Below are positions 57,212 to 64,000 of a stretch of 64,000 nucleotides of DNA, piece after piece (position 1 is the stretch's first letter; each line of letters begins with the position of its first letter). Source of the stretch: Candidatus Firestoneibacteriota bacterium (lineage in GTDB: Bacteria > Oederibacteriota > Muellerivitia > Muellerivitales > Muellerivitaceae). The translations under genes and the position numbers were made by a program. The stretch lies in assembly GCA_013286205.1 (NCBI GenBank), contig JABDGD010000003.1:16558-80557 (forward strand), given 5' to 3'. Under the pieces are notes generated by a model. That model was not told the DNA's origin. It ran no database searches and saw nothing but the letters and a program-made list of their open reading frames with translations.

Positions 57212-57685
57212 GTGATGAAAAAAATGATTTTAAGAATATCGATTTTTATTTCGCTGGTCTTAGTGGCCGCGGCTTGCACCGTTAATACGAGCGTTAATAA
57301 CCCGGTGGTGATGACGCCTACGCCAACGCCGGTTGTGACCGCGACGCCCACAGCCACTCCGGGAACTGGAATTGGAGCCACTATTAGTTTGGGCGCGGGC
57401 CCGACCTTTAGCCCTTCCGGGGTCACCATTATTCACGGCCAGTCTGTGGTCTGGGATGGTTCTTTGGGAGTAGGATCGCACAATTTAACGTTAGATAATT
57501 TTTCGGGCACTACGGGATCTTGCGCGCCGACTATCAATACAACGTCTTTCCCGGTAACTCAGGTATTTCCAACGGTGGGTACCTATTATTATCATTGTGG
57601 TTTCCATGGAGGATGCGGCTCGGGCGTCTGCGGTGTTTGCAGCGGCGGCATTTCTAACATGATTGGCTTTGTTCAGGTTAATTGA
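57212..57685 (+). CDS. Cupredoxin lipoprotein paralog with Cys-rich ligand-loop insertion
   Basis: Lipobox 'LVLVAAAC'. 'YYYHCGFHGG-CGSGVCGVCSGG-ISNMIGFVQVN' has the same architecture as 55861..56283, including an identical C-x4-C-x2-C spacing in the insert and an upstream 'GSHN' His. Confidence 0.65.
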   Translation: MMKKMILRISIFISLVLVAAACTVNTSVNNPVVMTPTPTPVVTATPTATPGTGIGATISLGAGPTFSPSGVTIIHGQSVVWDGSLGVGSHNLTLDNFSGTTGSCAPTINTTSFPVTQVFPTVGTYYYHCGFHGGCGSGVCGVCSGGISNMIGFVQVN

Positions 57686-57714
57686 CGGCTTAAAGGGTTT
57701 TTAGGGCCTTGTTT

Positions 57715-57754
57715 AGCGGAGATGTGACATTGGTCAAATCTCCGCTATTTTTTT
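57715..57754 (+). terminator. Rho-independent terminator after cupredoxin paralog 2
   Basis: agcggagat-(14 nt)-atctccgct is a perfect 9-bp stem, followed by ATTTTTTT. Confidence 0.75.
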
Positions 57755-57869
57755 GCCTAAAGATGGGGTTTATGAGACCTTTTATCAGTGAAGATGAAAC
57801 TCTATATTTACTTGAAACGTCTAAATAGTAAGATCGATTTCTCGAATCCAAGGTTTTTGGAGGCTTCCC

Positions 57870-58976
57870 ATGAAAAAAGTTATTCTCTTAGCGTTAATTG
57901 CCGTTTTACTGCCCAGCTTGCTTTTGGCCCAGGAAGATAGAGGCGGCCGCGGCGAAAGAGGAGGGGATAGGGGGGGCGATCGCGCCAGCTCCTATGAAGG
58001 CTCGGGTGGCGGTTCGCCTCGCGCGGAAGGTTACCGGTCCGCAAGATCCGTTTCTCCCCGTTATCGATCCATGGGTGTGCGTAGTTACCCGAAAACTGTA
58101 GTCCGGAGCAAATTATTAGTGGCCGGCCGTGAACGTTCGTCGATTGCTTTTCCCGCTAGCGGACCCCACGGCGCGGCGTTGAACGCTCGCGTGGTGGCGC
58201 GTACCTCTATTAGCGGCAATCCCCTCATTAGAAGCCACATGTCGATCATTGCCGGGCCGTCTTTCAGAGCCCAGATTAATGTCTTCAACCGAAACGAAAG
58301 AGTGGTTGGCCAATACTATTGGCACACGGGCAATGGTTTTAATTACTGTCATTACTACGACCGCTGGGGTTATCACTGGTATGGCTGGTATTTGGGAAAC
58401 AATTATTTCTGGACCCGCTGGTACGCGAACAACTATTGGTGGTATGACCCCGCCTATTACCGCTGGTGCTACTGGCACGACGGCGGATGGTGGTGGCAGG
58501 ATCCGGATACGACCACGGTTTATATCTATAACAACGGCAGCTATGTATCGCCCGACGGACAGGTTGACGTGAACGTCAATTCTGACTCGCAGGCCGCGCT
58601 TCCGTCAGAGTCCGCTCCGCCCACTTCGAAAAATGTTTATAACAGCAAAGATGGAACCCGGCAGGTGAAAGTGGTGGGCAATGACGCCTTCTTATATGAC
58701 ATCTCGGGGGATAATGCTTTTAAACCGATTTTCATGGGTTCTAATGTGACCGGCGCGAAGTTTTCTAATTCGCAAAACGGAGGCGCTCTTCAAATTATGC
58801 TTTTATACGCGGACGGAAGTTTTGGATTGTTTGATGATATGGGAAACTCCATGAGCGGCGGCAATAGCGGCGCGACCAACCAGCCGGCTAGCGGCACGGG
58901 GGGCAATCAGCAAAATCCCCCTCCGCCCAATGGGCCTCAAGGCAATCCGCCGAACGTCCCTGGTTCGGGTACCTGA
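57870..58976 (+). CDS. Secreted Gly/Arg-rich and Trp/Tyr-rich low-complexity protein
   Basis: Signal peptide, 'RGGRGERGGDRGGDR', then the segment 'WGYHWYGWYLGNNYFWTRWYANNYWWYDPAYYRWCYWHDGGWWWQD', which has about 20 W/Y in 50 aa. Pro/Gly/Asn-rich C-terminus. Confidence 0.5.
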   Translation: MKKVILLALIAVLLPSLLLAQEDRGGRGERGGDRGGDRASSYEGSGGGSPRAEGYRSARSVSPRYRSMGVRSYPKTVVRSKLLVAGRERSSIAFPASGPHGAALNARVVARTSISGNPLIRSHMSIIAGPSFRAQINVFNRNERVVGQYYWHTGNGFNYCHYYDRWGYHWYGWYLGNNYFWTRWYANNYWWYDPAYYRWCYWHDGGWWWQDPDTTTVYIYNNGSYVSPDGQVDVNVNSDSQAALPSESAPPTSKNVYNSKDGTRQVKVVGNDAFLYDISGDNAFKPIFMGSNVTGAKFSNSQNGGALQIMLLYADGSFGLFDDMGNSMSGGNSGATNQPASGTGGNQQNPPPPNGPQGNPPNVPGSGT

Positions 58977-58977
58977 G

Positions 58978-59214
58978 TTAAGCCAAAGCCTTTTCCAAAT
59001 CGCCGATTCGAGGGTTAATGAGTATCTTGCCCTCGATTTCGACGGTGGGGATCACCCGCTTGCCGTTGGTGTAGCCCATCATGGTTTTATAATCCGCGTC
59101 ATTCTGCTCTATGTCCCGTTCTTCATAAGGGATGTTTCGTTCCTTCAGAGCATTCTTCAAATTACGGCAGTCTCCGCACCAGGATGTGGTGTACATAATG
59201 ATTTTTTTGGTCAT
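58978..59214 (-). CDS. Glutaredoxin-like (NrdH/mycoredoxin-type) small redox protein
   Basis: 78 aa. 'IIMYTTSWCGDCRNLKNAL' is a CxxC thioredoxin-fold N-terminal motif. The length and pattern are typical of NrdH/glutaredoxin-like proteins. Confidence 0.7.
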   Translation of the reverse strand: MTKKIIMYTTSWCGDCRNLKNALKERNIPYEERDIEQNDADYKTMMGYTNGKRVIPTVEIEGKILINPRIGDLEKALA

Positions 59215-59318
59215 CGTTCTCCCCTTTGTTCATCCCTAATTTACGTCGGCTCACTTGTTTTTTTCCAGTCCTGCTGGCTATATAGACAGGTCTTTTAAAC
59301 AAACCCAAGGAGATTGAT

Positions 59319-60092
59319 ATGAGTAAATGGCTTTTCTCGCTGGTGTTGATGATGTTGGTTAGCCCTCTCTTCGCCAAAGTAGTCACTCAGACGGTAGAAT
59401 ATAAAGACGGAAATCAGGCCCTGGAAGGTTATTTGGTTTATGACGATGCCACGACGGACAAACGCCCGGGCGTCCTGGTGTTTCACGCGTGGGATGGGAT
59501 CGGCGAACATGTAAAGGATAGCGCGAATAAACTGGCGAAAATGGGCTATGCGGCCTTCATCGCCGATGTTTATGGCAAAGGTGTTCATCCCGCGAGCCCG
59601 GCGGAGTTTAAAGCTCAAGCCGGAAAGTATTTTGCCGACCGTAAATTGATGCGCTCCAGAGCCCAAGCGGCGATGGACGCGTTGTCACAAGACCCCAGGG
59701 TGGACGGCTCGAAGATCGCGGCTATCGGTTATTGCTTTGGCGGCGCGGTTTCCCTGGAATTGGGACGCAGCGGAGCTCCTCTGGCGGCCATCGCGACCTT
59801 CCATGGTTCGCTGGCTAACCCCACCCCGGCGGACGACGCTAACATCAAGGCTAAGGTGCTGATTCTCCAGGGGGGCGATGATAAATTCACGCTGGGCGAT
59901 GTGCCGGCCATGGAAAAGAGCTTCAAAGATAATAAGGTGGATTACAAACTGGTCACCTACCCGGGCGCGGTTCATGGCTTTACCGAACCACAGTACAAGG
60001 GCGATATGCCGGGTTTGAAATATGACACTAAGGCCGACAAGGCTTCCTGGAAAGAAATGAAGAAGCTCTTTGCTGAGGTCTTCAAGTCTTGA
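59319..60092 (+). CDS. Secreted dienelactone hydrolase family protein
   Basis: Signal peptide. 'GVLVFHAWDGIGEHV', 'GYCFGG' (nucleophile elbow with Cys) and 'GGDDKFT...HGF' match DLH family blocks. Confidence 0.8.
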   Translation: MSKWLFSLVLMMLVSPLFAKVVTQTVEYKDGNQALEGYLVYDDATTDKRPGVLVFHAWDGIGEHVKDSANKLAKMGYAAFIADVYGKGVHPASPAEFKAQAGKYFADRKLMRSRAQAAMDALSQDPRVDGSKIAAIGYCFGGAVSLELGRSGAPLAAIATFHGSLANPTPADDANIKAKVLILQGGDDKFTLGDVPAMEKSFKDNKVDYKLVTYPGAVHGFTEPQYKGDMPGLKYDTKADKASWKEMKKLFAEVFKS

Positions 60093-60129
60093 TATAGATT
60101 TTTTAGAGCGGCGAAAATTTTTTGAAAGG

Positions 60130-60157
60130 TTCGGCGGGAAACCGCCGGGCCTTTTTC
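60130..60157. terminator. Bidirectional terminator between convergent DLH and mutY genes
   Basis: ttcggcggg-aaa-ccgccgggcc is flanked by a T-run downstream and an A/T run upstream. Confidence 0.6.
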
Positions 60158-61238
60158 ATTTTTTATGAGAAATGTTTTTGAGAACCCATTGGCGGAGTTT
60201 GCCCTGGGCGCTGGAAAAAGGAAGCTCTTCCAGCTCGGCGGCGGTCACCCACTTCAGGTGGCTGGTGGTTTTAATTGGTTTCTGGCTGGAGGCGGTGAAG
60301 AGGCTTAAGTGAATTTTGTGATTTGTGATTTGGTGTTTCACGTCTTTAGCGGGTTTCTTTTCGGATTTGATCTTAAATTCTTTTTCTAATTTTTGACGGG
60401 CCTCGTCCATGCTGGAGCCTTCGGCGCTGGGAAATTCCCAAAAACCTTTGAGCCACTTTTCACTCTCGTTCCGCTTTTTCACCAGTATTTTCTTTTTATT
60501 TTCCAGAAGCAGGGCCGCCATAGGCACTTCGATGCTTTTGGCCGCTTTGGGCATTTCGGGAAGATCGCTTTGAATGCCTCTTTGGGCTGCCTCACAAAAC
60601 TGAAATAATGGACAAAGAAGACATTGGGGATTGTCGGTGAAACAGACCGTGGCGCCCAGCTCCATCAGGGCCTGGTTAAAGTCGCCGGGTCTTTTATTGG
60701 AAATAAGCGATCGGGCTACTTCCCAGACTTTTTCATGGTTCGCGCCGGTTTTTAAATTGCCCCGCAAAACAAAGAGGCGGGAGAAAACCCGGATGACATT
60801 GCCATCAACCAAAGGTTCAGGTTTTTGAAAGGCGATGGAAAGCACCGCGCCGGCGCTGTACTGGCCCACGCCCGGAAGCTTGATGATCTCTTCGCGGGTT
60901 TGGGGCAGTTTCCCATTAAACTCCGCGATGATTTTTTGAGCGGCGGCCTGAAGATTGCGGGCCCGGCGGTAATAGCCCAGACCTTCCCAGAGCTTGAGGA
61001 TCTTTTCTTCTTTGGCCTTGGCTAATGACGGCCAGTCCGGCAATTCTTCTAAAAAGCGGCCGTAATAGGGAATAACGGTTTTAACCTGGGTTTGCTGCAG
61101 CATCATCTCGGAAACGAAAATGGCGTAAGGGTCTTTGGTTCGGCGCCAGGGAAGGTCGCGTTTGTACTGGTCATACCAATCCAACAGGTGTTTTTGAATC
61201 TGGGTAGAGTGCATATCGGCGGTTGATATTTTTGGCAT
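60156..61238 (-). CDS. mutY: A/G-specific adenine DNA glycosylase
   Basis: 'LDWYDQYKRDLPWRRTKDPYAIFVSEMMLQQTQVKTV' (HhH-GPD), 'LPGVGQYSAGAV', and the [4Fe-4S] Cys cluster 'CFTDNPQCLLCPLFQFC'. C-terminal NUDIX-like domain. Confidence 0.85.
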   Translation of the reverse strand: MPKISTADMHSTQIQKHLLDWYDQYKRDLPWRRTKDPYAIFVSEMMLQQTQVKTVIPYYGRFLEELPDWPSLAKAKEEKILKLWEGLGYYRRARNLQAAAQKIIAEFNGKLPQTREEIIKLPGVGQYSAGAVLSIAFQKPEPLVDGNVIRVFSRLFVLRGNLKTGANHEKVWEVARSLISNKRPGDFNQALMELGATVCFTDNPQCLLCPLFQFCEAAQRGIQSDLPEMPKAAKSIEVPMAALLLENKKKILVKKRNESEKWLKGFWEFPSAEGSSMDEARQKLEKEFKIKSEKKPAKDVKHQITNHKIHLSLFTASSQKPIKTTSHLKWVTAAELEELPFSSAQGKLRQWVLKNISHKK

Positions 61239-61240
61239 GG

Positions 61241-63022
61241 TTATAAGAATTCTATAATTTCAAAAGTTTTGAGAGGCGCTTTGAATCCTGGTACCACAAC
61301 GGCGTTGGCGGGAACGGCTTTGACCAGATCCTGGATTTTTTCATAGGTTTCTTCTGAAACAATCACCTGATCGGGCGCGGCCATCACGCAGAGTTTGTCC
61401 GCGGTTTGAAGCGCTTCGCCAATAACACTATAGTCGTAAAACTGGTCAGAACCCAAATTGCCTGAAACTACCGGGCCGGTATGAATGCCGATGCCCAGAT
61501 TAAAGGGCGTGTGGCCTTTTTGAATCCGGGAAATATTAATGTCTTTGACTGCTTCTTGAATTTCCAGAGCGGCTCGAACCGCTCTGATCTCTTTGTCCTC
61601 ATGGGAAAAGGGGGCGCCCCAAACGGCGATGGCCGTATCGCCGACAAATTTATCAATCATGCCTTCGTGTTTGAAAACGATCTGGTTAATGAGGCTGAGG
61701 TAGTGATTGAGGACCTCGACCAGAGTCTCGGGGGTCATGTTCTGGCTGAGCGTGTTGAATCCCTTAATCTGAGCCTCGAGAATGGTGCATTCGCGTCTTT
61801 CGCCCTTGATGGCGAAATAATTTTTCTCCGCCAATATTTTCAGGGTGGCCTGAGGTGAAACCACTTTTCCTAATACCAGCGAGACCCGTTCTTTATCTTT
61901 TAAATTTTGAATCATTTCGTGAATGGCCCGGGCCAAGTCGCCCCATTGGTCCTGTCTTTTGACGGGGAACATGGCGTTAATCTGGCTGTCTTTGACCAGG
62001 TCGACTTGCTTGGTAATGAAACGCAGGGGCGCGAAGAGATCCAAAATGTACCAAAGTCCGATGGCAGTCAGGATGAGAACGAAGCCAGCGCTTAACAAGG
62101 CCATGGATTTGAGGGTTGAGCCCTCCAGTGTGATGGATTCATGTATGGGCTGGAAAATAAAAAAGTGACCGCTGACCGCCTGATCCAAGTCGTTAACGGG
62201 AACGTCGTCCCATAAAAATTTATGATCATTCAGAATGATGGCGCTGTGCCGGGGGGCATAAGCGGTTTTTTCCACTTCGGAGGCGGCGCCGGGCGGAAAG
62301 GTGGAGACTTGAACGTGATTGCTGGCGTAAAAACCCACCTCGTTTTGAGTGATCGCTTTGAGATTGGCTAAAACGTCGCTGTTGAGCTTCATGCCCAGCA
62401 GAATGGCGCCGAGAATTTTTTTCTTATAAACGATAGGGGCTGAGACGGATAAGTAGTATTGATTGTTGTAGTTAGTCAGGCCCATTTCGGTATTTCTTTC
62501 AAAGGCCTCGGCGATACCGGGCCAGTTTTTTACCGAGTAAAAGGTGATGGCCGGCGGTGCATTAGGTGTGGCGACGTCGTCGGGATTGATGGTGGAGTCC
62601 AGCGGGGCGAGGGTCGGCGTAGGCGCGGGCTCAGTGCTGGATTTAGGCAGTCCGATAGTGTCGAAAAGCACCCCGCCGTTTTTGTTCGTTAAAATTAAAA
62701 GAGGTCTTTGTAAATAACCCGCCACGTCCACGCCCAGTTGATGGTATTGGGCGGCCGTCATATTGGGGTCTTGAAGGGCTTTTTGGAGCCAGTCTTTGTC
62801 GGTGGTGTGGTTAATTTGAGAAAGCAGAACTTGGTATTCTTCGTCCAGCGCGATTTTAAGCGCCGAGATGCTTCGGGACAAACCCGCGTCAGGGTCGTTG
62901 GTCACCACGGTTTTCATATGGCTGGCAAAGATAGCCTGGCCGAGCCACACATAAAGGACGGTAGGGACAATTACGATAATGAGGAGCTTGGCGGCGACCC
63001 AGCCCAATCGAGGTAAATTCAT
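61241..63022 (-). CDS. Membrane-bound class III adenylate/guanylate cyclase with periplasmic sensor and HAMP domains
   Basis: Two TM segments flank a roughly 280-aa periplasmic region. A HAMP-like segment follows. Cyclase catalytic blocks 'FVGDTAIAVWGAP' and 'LGIGIHTGPVVSGNLGSDQFYDYSVIGEALQTADKLC'. Confidence 0.75.
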   Translation of the reverse strand: MNLPRLGWVAAKLLIIVIVPTVLYVWLGQAIFASHMKTVVTNDPDAGLSRSISALKIALDEEYQVLLSQINHTTDKDWLQKALQDPNMTAAQYHQLGVDVAGYLQRPLLILTNKNGGVLFDTIGLPKSSTEPAPTPTLAPLDSTINPDDVATPNAPPAITFYSVKNWPGIAEAFERNTEMGLTNYNNQYYLSVSAPIVYKKKILGAILLGMKLNSDVLANLKAITQNEVGFYASNHVQVSTFPPGAASEVEKTAYAPRHSAIILNDHKFLWDDVPVNDLDQAVSGHFFIFQPIHESITLEGSTLKSMALLSAGFVLILTAIGLWYILDLFAPLRFITKQVDLVKDSQINAMFPVKRQDQWGDLARAIHEMIQNLKDKERVSLVLGKVVSPQATLKILAEKNYFAIKGERRECTILEAQIKGFNTLSQNMTPETLVEVLNHYLSLINQIVFKHEGMIDKFVGDTAIAVWGAPFSHEDKEIRAVRAALEIQEAVKDINISRIQKGHTPFNLGIGIHTGPVVSGNLGSDQFYDYSVIGEALQTADKLCVMAAPDQVIVSEETYEKIQDLVKAVPANAVVVPGFKAPLKTFEIIEFL

Positions 63023-63098
63023 GAAGGCCTTGGTGATGATTTGTATGTGCGCTTAGATGCGCACAATATATTACAGTTTGGTTTCGGGTGGAAGAGGA

Positions 63099-64000
63099 CT
63101 ACTCGTACCGCAGGGCCAAAATAGGGCTCAAACGGGACGCCTTATAAGCGGGCCAGATACCGAAAACCACACCCACGAGAGCGGAGAAGACAGTGGACAC
63201 GATGACGGATGTCGGTGTGACGATTGTGGGCCAGTTGAGCGATAAGTGAATAATTTGTGAAAAGCCCCAGCCCAGTAATATCCCGAAAAGTCCGCCTAAC
63301 AAGCTCACTACAACCGATTCGATGAGGAACTGGGACAGAATATCCACCCGTCTGGCACCGATGGCTTTTCTGAGACCGATTTCGCGGGTTCTTTCCGTGA
63401 CAGAGACCAGCATGATGTTCATGATGCCGATGCCGCCCACTAACAGCGAAATGGCCGCGATGGAGGACAAGAGGACAGTCATAATTTGAGTGGAGGCGCT
63501 GAGGGTGGCCTGGATGTCCGCCATGTTGCGAACCTGGAAGGCGTTTTCACTGCCGGGAAGGGCGGGGATATGTTTTTGTTTGAGCATAAAGTTTTTCACC
63601 GCGTCAGAAGCGGGGCCGGTGTCTTCGGTGCTGTCGGCTTCCACATCAACTGAACTGACATACAGTTTTCCGAAGAGGCGGTGCATGGCGGTGGTCACGG
63701 GAACCACAATAGCGTCGTCACGGTCCTGGAAGCCGTTAGAGCCCTTCACGGGCAACACGCCGATAACCTGAAAATTAACGCGGTTGATTTTGATCCACTC
63801 GCCGACCGGGTTAGCGTTATCGCCGAATAAGTTTTTGATGACCGTGATCCCCAGCAGGCACACGCGGTTTCGGGTTTGAACGTCCGTATCGCTGATGAAG
63901 CGGCCATAAATAGGCTGATAGGATTTCATATCGGCGTAATTGGGAGTGGTACCGACCACCGAGGTGCTCCAGTTTTTATCGCCGTAAGTCACCTGAACCT
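63099..64000 (-). CDS. ABC transporter permease, FtsX/MacB-like (partial, N-terminus beyond window end)
   Basis: MacB-like periplasmic core followed by three TM helices, with C-terminal 'SRLSPILALRYE' typical of FtsX-family permeases. The ORF probably continues past 64000. Confidence 0.7.
   Translation of the reverse strand, partial: VQVTYGDKNWSTSVVGTTPNYADMKSYQPIYGRFISDTDVQTRNRVCLLGITVIKNLFGDNANPVGEWIKINRVNFQVIGVLPVKGSNGFQDRDDAIVVPVTTAMHRLFGKLYVSSVDVEADSTEDTGPASDAVKNFMLKQKHIPALPGSENAFQVRNMADIQATLSASTQIMTVLLSSIAAISLLVGGIGIMNIMLVSVTERTREIGLRKAIGARRVDILSQFLIESVVVSLLGGLFGILLGWGFSQIIHLSLNWPTIVTPTSVIVSTVFSALVGVVFGIWPAYKASRLSPILALRYE

Overview
This 64-kb window (about 50% GC) comes from a Gram-negative-type bacterium. 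The envelope evidence is outer-membrane beta-barrel proteins, four LPS-type GT9 heptosyltransferases and many lipoproteins. Two giant secreted proteins end in T9SS-type C-terminal sorting domains, which suggests an FCB-group or allied candidate-phylum organism; this placement is inference only. Strong Shine-Dalgarno sites (AAGGAGG) are used. I count about 55 protein-coding genes. By eye I found no rRNA, tRNA, CRISPR array, transposase or integrase.

The window falls into seven blocks:
- 0-8 kb: an AraC-linked redox/detox cluster (MBL hydrolase, metallophosphoesterase, AKR, SDR, NADP reductase, CMD-family protein, methyltransferase).
- 8-19 kb: envelope and secreted proteins of unknown function, two DUF1211 paralogs (one here, one at 53.7 kb), and an FGE-sulfatase-domain protein.
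- 19-35.5 kb: two giant T9SS-CTD cargo proteins (one with an SGNH esterase domain, one with SBBP beta-propeller and LamG-like domains), a 616-aa AraC regulator, two SGNH/CE2 esterases, and a GAF-GGDEF cyclase.
- 35.5-44.3 kb: a glycosylation cluster with four tandem GT9 heptosyltransferases, a GT-C membrane protein, a YfhO-like protein, and ilvE embedded among them.
- 44-50 kb: bioB, DUF1223, glycerate kinase and acs.
- 50-59 kb: the most interesting region. It holds a Cyc2-like fused monoheme cytochrome-porin, a second OMP, an ECF sigma / DUF1109 anti-sigma pair, two paralogous cupredoxin lipoproteins carrying a novel three-Cys insertion in the copper-ligand loop, a monoheme cytochrome c lipoprotein, and a Trp/Tyr-rich secreted protein. 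Together these are a candidate outer-membrane-to-periplasm electron-transfer (iron-oxidation or EET) module.
- 59-64 kb: a glutaredoxin-like protein, dienelactone hydrolase, mutY, an adenylate cyclase and a partial FtsX permease.

All calls are made from sequence motifs by eye; no database searches were run.
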